Of a stretch of 64,000 bases of DNA, positions 24,132 to 36,909 are shown piece after piece. Numbering within the stretch: position 1 is the stretch's first letter; each line of letters begins with the position of its first letter. The position numbers were made by a program, and so were the translations under genes. This stretch comes from Chiloscyllium plagiosum. Its lineage: Eukaryota. The stretch is from contig NC_057718.1 of NCBI RefSeq assembly GCF_004010195.1, positions 50,298,450-50,362,449 on the forward strand. Reading direction: 5' to 3'. Below the pieces are notes generated by a model. It had not been told where the DNA came from, ran no database searches, and was given only the letters and a program-made list of their open reading frames with translations.

Positions 24132-26821
24132 ATAAAATAAAAAACTTGAAAATCTCCCAAGTGATGAAATCAAAAGTAGAAAAGCAGGCCAGGGACTTTT
24201 ACCTTTCAGCCAGAAGACTGTAAGCTAGTGCTCCTACCAACACCAGGGTGAACTCTTAAAGACCCAATTCAGTAGCTAGGAGCCAATAAGCTTAGGAAAG
24301 TCAATTAGCTGATTGAGATCTCAGATCAAGGGGAGAAAAAAATCAGTGCTATATCAGATCAACATGCTAAATCAATGCCATTGCTGCGAAGGGAACAAAC
24401 AGATAATGTTTAATTGCCACTGACCTAGAGATTGAAGTAGAATGGGGATGAATTGAAGGGAGATGTGGGTGAAGTCCACATTGTATACTCTACCACCTGA
24501 TTAACTAACATGAGCAAACCTAGACTCCTTATTTGCTCACTTAGGAGGAGAACAACAAGCAGACTTAATGAGGCTACTGATTACATTTAAAGGCATAAGG
24601 AGATAAACCAAGCTTTAATGCCCTGTCATGCTTTGATGAGGATGTAGGAGAGTCTCTCCATCAAAGACAATTTCCCTACTGGCAGGGGCTAGAAAAACTG
24701 ACCCAGGCTCAGGAGATTAACTGGACACTGGGGCACCAGTTAATAAAGCCCAGAAGCAGCAGATGGAGGTGTCCAGTTCTATTTGTGCCCAAGCCTGACA
24801 ACTCCACGAGACTGCCAAAAAATTAATCCAGTGTCCGGAGTTGACTACTATATGATAACCTTGCATTGGTAGAGCAGATAAAGCTACCTCCAATGCCAAA
24901 GTAGATTTACACAAGGTTCCCTTGATTGCCAGCATGGAGGAAGTTTCCACCTTTGTAATTCATGGCAGGTTATACCATTGTAGAGTCATGCTATTTGGAC
25001 TCTGAAATTGTTCTGTCAACTTTCAAAGGCTGCTAAACAAGATCATAGTGGGCTTATCTAATTGCAGTGTGTACCTTGATGATCTCTTGGTTTACAGCTA
25101 CACTTCGCAAACATACTTTGAGCAACTAAACGCCTTCTGCAAAAAAACCTAGTCAGCTGACCCACCCGACAATCTCATAAAGAGTGTATTCACTTAGGTT
25201 CATGTGACCTATCTGGGCCACGTAGTAGGTGATGGATGAGTACTGACCAAGGTTGAAAAGATACAAGCAGTAGCGCCATTCCTCATGCCCACAACAAACT
25301 GGGAAATCATGATGTTCTTCGGAATGATTTGGGCCCTATTGAAAGCTCATCTAAAACTTCAGTACAATATGCGTGCTATTGATAGACTTACTATAGAGAA
25401 ACATAAATGTTGCATGAACTGAGAAATGCCGAACTGCTTTCGAAAAGCTGAAGGCCAGTTTAACAAGTGAGCCTGTGCTTACAGCTCCAAACTTTAAACA
25501 CATATTTAAAGGAGTCTTCAATGTAAGTGACATGATGGTAAAGACTGCTCTCCTTCAGGAAGAGAAAAAATTGTGTATTTGTCAAAAATAATAAACATCA
25601 AGAATGTGCTCTAGAGCAGGGATATTTGTGACAGCAAATTGAGATATGTGTCCAAAATGGTTGCAAGGAGATCACAGTGTACATTGATCACAACCTGTTA
25701 ATTCTTGCTGAAAAAATTAACACCCAGGTTATTCTGCGGGAACTTTTTTCAACAACTTTACCAAGTAATTATCATGCGTATTGCTGGGAAATCAAAAGCA
25801 ATTGTCGACCCTTTTTCTGCCTAGAACTTTAAGAGACCTGATTAGAACTAAAGAGATAACATTGCCCATGGTTAAAAAAATGAATGTGTGTGTGTATTGG
25901 TTGTTTTATATATTCAATCCTCTTTCATCTTTCATAATGAGATGATAATGGATCACAGGGGAAATGTTATGACAACAGGTCAGGACCCCAAAGTATGGTG
26001 AACATTTTTATCTTGTAATTTGAAAACGTGTATTTGAAAAGAGGGCAGATGAAGCCAAGAATTGCTGCAGATGTAAATTAAGTAGTTGTCTAGAGACTGA
26101 TGCAATGTAACACTTACATGTATCAGAGAAATTTCCATCTGGTTTGTGACCTACTGTGACTGCAAAGAGATTGATGACACCCTGCTCAACAACAAGCCAT
26201 CCCCAATGGATTATGTCCTAACTGCAGACACATTTAATGTTTTTCCCTCTGAAACTTACAAAAGGCAGGAATTTGAAAAAGCAATTTCAATTTGACACCC
26301 CAATGATCCAGTGCGACTGAATGCTCTTGCGTGTACCATCCAAGGATCAAGTGTTAGCATGCCATGAGGATCACAGTGAGAGAACTATTCCCCAGTTACC
26401 CCATATTTCACATGAAGGAAGACCCTTTCTCACATGAAGTACTGCAAACCAATTTTAAAAGGAATCAAGTCAATGGAGTTTCTGTCACCTTCCAAAACCA
26501 AGAATTTAAAAAGTCATCTGCCAATACCATTACCTGTGTAACCTAACAACGGCTGCAGTATTGTTTTAATTGTTTTTCATGAACAATGCAGAGAATAATC
26601 TGTATAACCACTTTTTGTAACTTTTTACATTTGGACTCTTTTATTTGTTTTAAATCTGTGTCACATTCCTAACCTTCTCACATGTAGTAAATCATAAACT
26701 CATTCTTAGTTAACTCAAGAAGGCCTGTTTGAGTAGAAAGATAGTCACTAGACAAGCAATATATTTTAAATTGAACTTGTCACAAAGAACCAAGAATGAA
26801 GCATGAAGAATGAGAGCTAGT

Positions 26822-27125
26822 TCATCCTTCCTCATCCAGGACCTTAACAGCTTGGGGTATCCCATCTGGAACATAATGATGGGGAATCTTGCTCAGGGTC
26901 TGGTCTTGGCAATATGAAAGTTGGACGTATCTCCACATCGGCTCTGTGGTGTTCACTTCTAGCAATACTTTCATGGCCAGATGCACCTGTGACAGGTAGG
27001 ATAAGTCCAAGAATGTTTCTCCCTTTTGTGAGCTACTTTGCCACCTGCCACAGGACTGGTCTAACAGTCCTTGAGGACTCAGCCAGTTTGCTACTTAGTA
27101 ATGGTGCTACTGCTGGGGCAGAGGT
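26822..27125 (-). mobile_element. Old CR1/L2-like LINE fragment
   Basis: Similar to 29900-30480 and 44565-44670 (agtctggcagc/ggactggtctaac, gtgctact, ccccacc blocks). Confidence 0.5.
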
Positions 27126-27979
27126 CCCCACCTCTAAGCTTTTTGATTAGTTAAGAAGGGCAGGCCAAAGAAAGAGCTGGATCACTCAAAAAAAGTATTT
27201 CTCATTGTGGAGGGTGGCCATGATATTGTTTACGCAGGCTCACCAGGACATGAATTGTTGAGCATGCAGCAACCACTGGAATAATGAAGAGACATAGGAA
27301 GCTTGCTTCCTGGGCCTCTAAAACTTAGCTAGGATTCTTGCTGCCGGGTCTGTGAGAATGCAGTTGGATGAGCTTGTCCAAAGACAGGATACAGAGGATT
27401 CCTTGTTCAACCAAACAACAAGTGATGAAGGAATTAGCAGCAGACGCATGCTCTTCTCATCTTGGATCCCACCAAAAGGATCCAGGGCCTCAGGTGGACA
27501 TGATAGGTGATTGCCCTAACACTTCCAGGTGCCAAGCTCCACAGTCCGCCTTGCTCTGTTTGCACACCACATCTCAGACACACCTTGAAAACTGCACTCA
27601 TTCACTCATCTCTGTGCAGGTACATCTCATTAAATAGTCAATCTTCAGATCTGCCTTCAACCCTTCTTGCAGCTATCCTCACAGCTCCCTCTCACAGATC
27701 CTGTCCTATTCTCCTCTCTGCAAGTCATTGTAGGCACTCACACCTTTCATTTTCTCTTCTTTCAGAAGACAGTACGCAAAGTGGTGAGGTCTGGAGACGA
27801 AGATGTCAGTAGGGGTTGGTGCTTGCCCCACAGGCACCTTCTTGGTCATTGGCAATGTGGAATGAGGTTTTCTTCCAGCAGGCTTGAGATGCAAGGACTA
27901 CTTGCTGTGTTGACTTAAGCCTCCTGAGGCACATCTGCTCAGACATGTTGAGAGAGCTGATCCTCTGCTCTAGATCTAG

Positions 27980-28620
27980 GAACGATGAGTCAGCAGACAG
28001 AGAGGAGGTGCCGCAATAATGGACTTGTGCAGAGCTAACAACCTGTCTCTGAACATGGACAAAATGAAAGAGATGGTTGTTGACTTCAGGATGGCATGGA
28101 GCAATCACTCTCCACCGGACATCGACGGCTCCTCCGTGGAGATTGTGAAGAGCACCAAATTTCTTGGTGTCCACCTGGTAGAGAATCTCACCTGATGCCT
28201 CAACACCAGATCCATAGCCAAGAAAGTCCAGCAGCATCTCTACTTTCTGCACAGGCTGAGGAAAGCCCACCACCCACCACCCCACCACACCCCCCCATAT
28301 GCACCACAGAGTACTCTGAGCAGCTGCAACACTGCCTGGTTCAGAAATTGTACCATCTCAGGTTGTAAAACTCTACAACGGATAGTGAGGGCAGCTGAGA
28401 AGATCATTGGGCTCTCTTCCCTCCACTACAGACATTTACACCACAGACTGCATCCACAAGGCTAACAGCATTGTGACTGACCCCAACAACCCTCACTCAA
28501 ACTCTTCTCCCTCCTGCCATCTGGCAAAAGAGTCCAGAGCATTCGGTCTCTCATGGCCAGATTGTGCAGTTTTGTCCCCCAAGCCATCAGGCCCCTTATC
28601 ACTGGATATTCACATTCTAT
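27980..28620 (+). mobile_element. Rex1/Babar-like LINE 3' fragment
   Basis: Plus strand NNLSLNMDKMKEMVVDFR...VEIVKSTKFLGVHL..NLT*..NT..IAKKVQQHLYFLHRLRK. Confidence 0.8.
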
Positions 28621-29529
28621 TCTATTTGTAGTTTTGGACAACTTTTCGAATTGTTGCAAAAACAATATTTTATTAATGATCATCCATTGTTACATTGTAA
28701 TTTGCCCACCACTGTGCCTATTGTCTTGTTTTGTCAGGAAGTACTGTGCTGTCTTGCATGTTTTGCACTTTTCTAAGCAGTTTATGCTGTCCTGTGTATG
28801 ACTGTATTCTCGTGTAGTCTGTGTGGTCCAGACAGGACCTTGACACATATTACTACAGAATTTAGCATTCAAAATCCAAGGCACATTTCAGAAGGATTTA
28901 GACATCTAGTTAAAAATATTCAAACCAAATTTTCATTACCCCTGTAGGGATCTCGAGCCCAAAATCTCTGAGATTGTTTGTACTTTCAAAGGCCCTTCAG
29001 GGTAGGGTGGGTTTTGTGGGGGTGAATGTGGTCACTGCCAGTTTTGTAATTGAGTGCACTGGAGTTTGATAAGACTGCGAATGTCCAGATTTGGAACTTG
29101 TAGTTTTTTTTTCCCCAACAAGCCCAAACAGTCTTGTACATAGTTCTCCTATTTGCTCCAGGACCCAAATAAATATGTCAAATGTTGTTACTTCATCAGC
29201 ATAAGCACTAATGCTGGCAAATTTCAACCTTATTGACTGCCATAGTTTTCTAAGGAGGTGCCTGCTCCAACAGGCAAGGCCTTTGTATACTTTAACCATG
29301 GCCATGATCTGTCTACAGCACTGCAATAGACAGGCAAGTCCTTCTTGCTTGAGGTGATCAATGTCTCCATTTGGGTGTTTGGCTCTTCCCTGGACATTTA
29401 AGGGGCACCTTGGACCAGGGATTCTTGGAGATGTTGGGTTCCCAACCCCACTTTAAAAATGCCTATCTTAAGATCCCCCCCGTACTTTCAATGCTGTAAT
29501 ATTTAAATAGTTATCATCCCTTCCAAAAC

Positions 29530-29735
29530 AAAAAAAAAGAAAATTGCTGGAGAAGCTGTCAGCATCTGTGCAGATAAACCTGTGGAGAGAAATCTTCATC
29601 TGTGTTATTGGTTATAATAAACACCACATTTTTCTCGTTACAATCAGTTCTGAAGAAGGGTCATTGAACTCAAAACATTAACTCTATTTCTGTCCACCGA
29701 TGCCACCTGACCTGCTGAGTTTCTCCAGCAAACTT
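29530..29735. mobile_element. Degenerate fold-back PLE terminus
   Basis: ttgctggagaa...ttctccagcaa arms; ttctgaagaagggtcattgaactcaaaacattaac is a decayed hammerhead-like core. Confidence 0.6.
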
Positions 29736-29899
29736 ATTAGTTATCAGTTTAGCAAACTTCATCTGAACTACCTCCAGTGTATTTATATCCTTCCTTAAAT
29801 ACAGAAGCTGAAACCACACACAATGTTTGAGGTATGATCTCACATGCCCTGTTTAAACACTACATCCTTACGTTTATGTTCAATTCATCTCAAATGCAT

Positions 29900-30480
29900 C
29901 TGTGTCAGGCAGCTAAGTGACGGCAAAGTCAAGTAGATTTTATCCTCTTCTTAGTTACCTCATCATCTGCCACAGACCCAGTCTGGCAGCCATGTCTGCC
30001 TAGGTCAGCCTCATGAGAAAGCGGTGCTATTGAACCACTCTTGGTGATGGGTGTTGATGCTAAATCCCCACCACAAAAGCAATTTTTGTGACATTGCCAC
30101 CTTCAGTGCTACCTGCAAATGGTGAATGAAGATGTACCGATGTATCAGCTGGAATGGAGGCAGGAGAGGGGGTGAGTGGTAATCATCAGGAAGATTCCTT
30201 GCCCATTTTTGACATCCTACAATGATACACAACGGAGTGTGCAGTCATTGTTGAAGATTTCCAAGACAATTTCTGACTGACTATATGTCACTGCATCCAA
30301 CTATGGTGGGTACATCCTGCCGTGAGAAAGGAGATATCCAGAAATGGTAATGGTGGTGTCTGGGACAGTATGTGTAAGGTATAATTAATTAAGTGTACCT
30401 ATTTCAAACTACAGCTTAATTAGTATGTGGAACAGAGCCTCTAATGCCCATATACTCTTAAGGAGAACTTTACAGGGTCA
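29900..30480 (-). mobile_element. Old CR1/L2-like LINE, endonuclease region
   Basis: ALKVAMSQKLLLWWGFSINTHHQEWFNST resembles the APE-domain 'GDFNVHHQEW.GST' motif. Confidence 0.55.
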
Positions 30481-31137
30481 CAAAGTCTGAGTTTGTTGTT
30501 GATTCTGACAGCAATATCAGGCAGTTTGTTCAGTTTAATTCTTTCTTTAGACTTTACAAGTTTTCATTAATTGTGTGGCTTGCTAAGTCATGTCAGTAGA
30601 CATCTAAAAGTCAACCATGTTGCTATAGGTCTGGAGTCACATGCATAGCAGACTAGGTAAGGATGAAAAATTTCCTCCCTAAAGGACATTAGTAGAGCAA
30701 GATGGGTTATCACAATAATCCATAGTAAATGCACGAGTATTTCAGTAATCTTCCAGTTTTTCAAGTTCCCACATTGTGGCAACATTACCACTCTAAGAAA
30801 ATCCTGCAGAAATTTGGTCTGTGGACAAATTGCACAAATAAACGCAAAACATAAATGCTATTGGTACACTTAGTTTGAATACTGATGAAAATAGATTGGC
30901 CCTACCTTTTGGTTTCTGTGAGGTTTCTTTGCATTGCCTTAGAGGCTCCCCTGACAGAGGGGATTACTATAAATTAACTTGGGCCGACTCACATCCTACC
31001 TATCACTTTGAATGAAAGAAGCAGTTTATGTTGAAAACACATAGAATAATGTGAGAGGCTATGCCAGTGGAAACAACTAACTTTGAAAGAATGGGAACAC
31101 TTGTTATATCTTACAACTATAAGATATTTAACAATAG

Positions 31138-31573
31138 TGTTACGACATGGAGTAAACTCTCCTGCTTAATTTAAAACAGCAGCACAGAAAAGATTTATCC
31201 CTTGTAGTAATCTGTGAAAATTCGAGAAGCCAAGAGTAAAAATTGAAAACTTTATTTCTTCAAGCATGACAGAGAATAATTAACTAACAACAATTTAAAA
31301 GTCAACACTCAAACCTATCTTTTATCTTCCCTTCTACAATACTAGTCCAATAAATTCCCTGATCACGATTTACAAAAACAAAACTTCTTATCTCAAAGTC
31401 AGGCAGCTTTCGGTCTTCTCGGTATTTTGGTCTTTTCTTCTTCTTTGGAATTCTGCTTCATAGGTTACTGATTGATAAAGGTACTTTGAAGAAGACTATT
31501 TTCTGGGCAGTCTTTTTATATGCTGGTAGCTTGGCAGATCCCCTGTTAACTGTTCAATTTTCCCCGGTCTTAT
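31138..31573 (-). repeat. Truncated 3' LTR of the Gmr1-like element
   Basis: tgttacgacatggagtaaactctcctgcttaat... aligns with the first ~440 bp of 36204-36909. Confidence 0.85.
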
Positions 31574-31700
31574 TCCTGGTGAAGGGTTTTTGCCCGAAAC
31601 GTTGATTTTCCTGCTCCTCGGATGCTGCCTGACATGCTGTGTTTTTCAAGCACCACTCTAATCTTGACTTTAATCTCCAGCTTCTGCAGTACCCACGTCC
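31574..31700 (+). mobile_element. PLE-terminus fragment with mutated hammerhead core
   Basis: cctggtgaagggtttttgcccgaaacgttgattttcctgctcctcggatgctgcc...ctccagcttctgcagt. Confidence 0.75.
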
Positions 31701-33192
31701 TTTCAATAGAATCCGCTGAGTCCTAAGAATTGAAGCACCTCTTTCTTCAAGGTTGGTCATGCAAGTTCCTTGATGGCCTTCATCTTTGCATTCCTTGGAG
31801 TAAACCTTCCATGACTGATGTTATGACCCCAGAATGTTATTTCTGCTTTCGTGAATTCTGTTTTATTTAAGCTTATGACCAGTTTTGCTTCTCGTGGTCA
31901 TTTAAAGAGCTCTGCCAACTGTAACATGAGATCTTTCCAGAATTTACTAAAGATCACTACATCGTCCAAAGAGACTGCACAGTTTGTTACCCCACCCACA
32001 AGTCTGTTCATGACTCTTTGGAATGTGGCAAGCATGTTCTTCATTCCAAAGGGCATCACTCTAAACTCATATAGCCTATTTGGGGTTACAAATGCAGAAA
32101 TTCCTTTCGCCATCTTTGATAAAGTTATCTGCCCGTAACCATGCATTAAGTCCAACTGGTGATGTAAATGACTTGTCCGACTTTCTTGATACAGTCCTCC
32201 AGTTTAGGAACTGGATATGAATTTTGTAACGGCATTGACCTTCTGATAATCCATGCAGAATTGTTGAGTCTCATCCAGCTTGGAACTAAGACAATCGATG
32301 AACTCCACTCGCTCTGGCTTGGTTCGATGATGTCCTCATTGAGCATGGCCTCGACCTCCATCTGGACCTGTCTGGCTTTGAGAGGATTAAGCCAATAGGG
32401 GTGTTGTTTTATCAGAGCAATATTCCCTGTGTCTACTTGATGTACAATAGCATTCGTCCTCTCCATCTGATTCTGACATATATCCTTACACTGCAGTAAC
32501 AAACTCTTCAACCGTATTCTATGCTCCTGAGACAGATAGTTTACTAATCTATCCCACTCCTCAAGGACTTCTTCATTTTTTAATCTAAACCTCAAAATCC
32601 ACATCATCTGGGTTTGATTCCTCACTGTGCGGTGCAGTAACTAACACCTGTTTCTCCAGTTTTTTCTCTCTAGTACAATACAGTTTCAACATGTTCACAT
32701 GACATACCCGATACCTTTTTTTGACTATCTGGCATCTTTACTAGATAGTTCACCTGACTAAGCTTTTTCTCAATTGATAGGGACCATTAAACCTGGCTTT
32801 GAAGGGATCTCCTATCATTGATAACAGTACTAACATATCATCCCCTTGGGAAAATGTCCGATTCTCAGAGCTTTTATCTGCCACCTGTTTCATTCTACAC
32901 TGTGCCCTCTTTAGGTGCTGTTTAGCAAACTCACCTACCCGATTTAATCTCTCCCTCACCTTTGATACATAATCCAAGTGTGAGATTTCTGACTTTGGTC
33001 CTGTCAATTTCTCTTTAATCAATGTCAAAGGGCCTCTCACTTCATGACTGAATATTAACTCAACGAGAGCGAACTGAGTTGATTCATTTGGGGCATCACT
33101 AATGGCAAACAATATGAATGGGATATCTTTATCCCAATCATTCGGGTAGTCCTGAATGCTCTCAACATGGTCTTCAACGTCTGATGCCACCT

Positions 33193-33660
33193 TTCTAAAG
33201 CTCCCTGGGATTCAGGATGATACACACTGAATTTAAAGTGCTGTATACTTAAGTTATCCATAACCTCCTTCAACAGCCTGGCAGTAAAATTTGACCCTTG
33301 GTCCAACTGAGTCTCTCTGGGTAGCCCATAGCATGTGAAGAAAGCTCATAACTCCTCTACTACCCTTTTTGCCTTGATACTCCGTAATGGAATTGCCTCT
33401 GGAAATCTGGTAGACACACCCATCATTTCTAAAGCTCCCTGGGATTCAGGATGATACACACTGGATTTAAAGTGCTGTATACTTAAGTTATCCATAACCT
33501 CCTTCAACAGCCTGGCAGTAAAATTTGACCCTTGGTCCAACTGAGTCTCTCTGTGTATCCCATAGCATGTGAAGAAAGCTCATAATTCCTCTACTACCCT
33601 TTTTGCCTTGATACTCCGTAATGGAATTGCCTCTGGAAATCTGGTAGACACACCCATCAT
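33193..33660. repeat. 234-bp tandem duplication inside integrase
   Basis: Copies 33193-33426 and 33427-33660 with about 4 mismatches; duplicated peptides visible in the ORF track. Confidence 0.95.
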
Positions 33661-36182
33661 GGTTAACAAGTACTGGTTCCCACGTTTAGTTCTTGGAAGG
33701 GGACCTACACAATCAATTCTAACCCAGGTGAAAGGTTCTTCAAATGTGGGAATTGGCAACATAGATGCTGGTTTTATTACCGCCTGTGGCTTACCTATTA
33801 TTTGGCATGTACGACAGGTAAGCCAAAAGTTAACCACATCCTTGTGCACTCCAGGTCAATAAAAATGTTTTTTGTACCTTGGCCTGAGTCTTCCGTACTC
33901 TTAGGTGACCTCCTATAGTAGTTCATGTGGTACCCGTTACATTTCCTGTCTGTATACTACCAGCAACACAATCTGGTGCAGTTCGGCCCAGTTCTCCTCT
34001 GCACTAAACTACTGTGGTCTCCATTTCCACCTTAGGATTTTATCTTTCAGATAATAACCCCTCCAGAATGCCCTCTGACTCCTTTTCAGAGTACACATCC
34101 ACATAGATATCTTTTATTGTCTTGTCTTGCTGTTGCAAGTACCTTAGCCTTTCAGGACTAAACACTTCTGCCTGACCATCTGCCTATTCAGGTTTTTTCT
34201 GCACCATTACATCAAACAGGGTGTCTGCTAACTGAACCTCCACTCCTTCATCTTTCTCTTTACTTTTTGCTTTGTGCTGTGACTTATGATAGTGGGATCT
34301 GGTTGCCACACAGTCTGGGAAAATACCAGGATATTTCTGTTTTGACTCCTCAGTTTCTTGATCTTCCTTGGGCTTCTCTACAATAAGCGGTGTCACTCCC
34401 ACCTAGGATCCTGCCAAATCATTCCCAAGAACAAACTGAATTCCTGGAACTGACATTTTGTCAATTACTCCCACTGTTACTTCCCCAGTCTTGAGTTGGC
34501 ACTCCAACCTGATCTTACAGAGGGGCATGTTAAATCTCTGTCCATCTATCCCACAAATTACCACACTCTCGGGTAACAGATCAGAAAGAGTGCATATTCA
34601 TTCATCCCTTACTATCAGCGACTAGTTAGAACCTGCATTTCTCAAAATTATAACGTCTTGTCCTTCTCCCCCTGTTCTTTCTGAGTAAACATTACCCACA
34701 GAGGCGAATTCTTTGTAGAGATCAGATACTAACTCCATACCCAGCCCCAGTCTGGGCTGTGCAGTCTCCTGCAGTTCCTTGGCTCTTCTTGGGGTCTCCT
34801 TTACAACCTTCAGAAATGCCACTGGTTTAGCTTCTTTTCCCACAGTGCTTTTCTTTAACGACCAGCACTGTGGCTTTACATGTCCCACTTTACCACAGTG
34901 GAAACACCTGAGGCCTTTCACTTCCTGTCCACCTTCTTGGGCTTCTTTTTCATCCTGTGGTAAAGTCTTACCAATGCTCAATAGTGTAGGATCTCCCCTT
35001 CTCCCAACTTCTACCCCTCAGAGAAGGAAATTCTGGCCGGAAGCTTGTCTTATGCACCAACATATACTCATCTGCTAATTCTGTTGCCTTCCTGAACTTT
35101 CTGCTCCTCTGCGTGAATTCTTACCATCTCGGGAAGTGAGTTTTTAAACTCCTCCAGCAGAATAATCTCTTTTAGAGCCTCAAAGATTTTACCTATTTTC
35201 AAAGCAAGCACCCATTGATCAAAGTGATTCTGTTTAATTATTTCAAACTCAACATAAATCTGACCTGGTTCCCTCTTTGTGTTTCTGAACCACCGTCTAT
35301 ATGCTTCGTGTACCAATACAAAACATGTAAAATAGCCTGTTTAACTTCTTCATAATCTCCTGAACCCTCTTCTGACAGCGCGGCAAATACCTCACCAGCT
35401 GTGCCTACCAGTTTAGTCTGAACTAGCATCACCATAAATCCTCGGACCACTCCATCTGCCTGGCCAATTTTCCAAATGAAATAAAGAAGGCTTCAACATC
35501 TTTCTCATCAAAATATGGCAGAGTTTTGACATCTTTCTGTATCACTACCTTTTAATCTCCATCCTGTTAACTTGACTTTGCTGACTAAGCCGCAACTTCT
35601 CAAGTTCAAATTCTCTCACTCTTTGCTCAGCTAAGAACTTTCTCTCTTTCTTTTTCCTCTCTCTTTCTCTTCTCTCTCTTTCTCTCTTCCTTCTCTCTCT
35701 CTTTGCTCAGCCAAGAACCTTCTCTCTCTCTCTCTCTCGCTTTTTTCCTCTCTCTCTCTTCTCTCTTTCTCTCTCCCTTTGTTTAACTTCTAACTCCATT
35801 TTCTTCAATTGTAATTTAAGTTTTTCTACCTCTACTGCACTTGTCTGTTCCTTGGACACACTTAAGTGTTTGAGTAACTCCCTTACAATTTCAGCTTTGC
35901 TTTTGATCTTGGTTAAACCTAAATCTAACTTATTTAGTAATTCTAAAAATATGTTTTTTTCTTTTCTTCTAAACATTTTTGGCAAATTTGAGAATCACCA
36001 TTAAATACCAGAACCTCTTTAGCAATTTTAAGAGCCATTTCTCTCACATTTAATTTACTTAATGACAAGTCACCAAAAGTAAACAAATTGCCTCGTCTAC
36101 GTTTTATTTAAAGATCTAGGACACTAACCTGCAAGGACTTTTGTACCTTCAAATCTATTCAAGTCTATCTAAACCAGTTCAA

Positions 36183-36200
36183 GTCCCGGATGAGCCCCCA
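36183..36200 (-). other. Primer-binding site for tRNA-Pro
   Basis: TGGGGGCTCATCCGGGAC just after the LTR end, versus canonical PBS-Pro TGGGGGCTCGTCCGGGAT. Confidence 0.88.
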
Positions 36201-36203
36201 AAT

Positions 36204-36909
36204 TGTTACAACATGGGGTAACCTCTCCTGCTTAATGTAAACCAGCAACACAGAAAAGATTTATCCTGTGCAGTAATCTGTGAAATTTTGAGAGGCCAAG
36301 AACTAGTGAAAGTAAAAATTAACTACTTTATTTCTTAAAATATGACAGAGAATAATTGACTAACAATTATTCACGAGTCCTTACTCTAACCTATCTTTTA
36401 CCTTCCTCATCTACAATAGTCTCATAAAACTCCTGATTATGATTTTCTAAATAATCTTATCTCAAAACCAAGCAGCTTTTGTTCCTCTCAGTTTTCAGTC
36501 TTCTTTTCTTCTTCTTTGGAATTCTGCTTCATAGGTTACTGATCGGTGAAGGTACTAGGAAGGGAGCTATTTTTCAGGTAGTCTTTTTACATGCTGGTAG
36601 CTCGGCAGTTCTCCTCTCAACTGTTCAATTTTCCACAGTCTTATACCCCCAAAGCATTGGATTGTGTCAATGGCTTTTAAGATTGTCAATACACTAAATT
36701 CAAACTGATTTGGAACTTGGCATTTGCTTTGGGGTATATTTAAACTAATTGGCCTAATTCAAATCTTTTTGTCTCCAGGCAGCTAACTACGCTAGCTAAC
36801 CCAGTAGGTGGACCACATGTTTACATTGTCTCTTATTGACAACACATGGTGCTGTCACTGCAAGCCTTTAACTCTCTTAAAGGTATTGTACATTCACATC
36901 TTCATAACA
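36204..36909 (-). repeat. 5' LTR of the Gmr1-like element
   Basis: tgttac...cataaca termini; homologous to 31138-31573. Confidence 0.85.

Larger units (their letters stand above)
16624..26820 (+). mobile_element. Old, heavily nested Gmr1-like Ty3/Gypsy LTR retrotransposon
   Basis: Homologous LTRs ~16624-17410 and 25965-~26820 (track peptides MKVTVEELFPSHP vs MRITVRELFPSYP); polypurine tract aggggaaa at 25957-25964; gag ~18550-19320; protease LLLGNDLAG ~20100-20127; integrase HEDVATFCRTCH ~20600-20640 with core ~23170-23600; RT VYLDDLLVYS ~25069-25098; RNase H to ~25820. Confidence 0.75.
31138..36909 (-). mobile_element. Gmr1-like Ty3/Gypsy LTR retrotransposon (gag-PR-IN-RT), defective
   Basis: 5' LTR 36204-36909; PBS; gag with SCAN-like capsid and CFHCGKVGHVKPQC knuckle; protease ~34400-34660; integrase CRTCQ, RIDCVGPLP, DQGSNF, YHPESQGALERWHQTLK; RT FRVMPFGMKN, CAVSLDDVVIFS; partial 3' LTR 31138-~31573. 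Confidence 0.92.
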
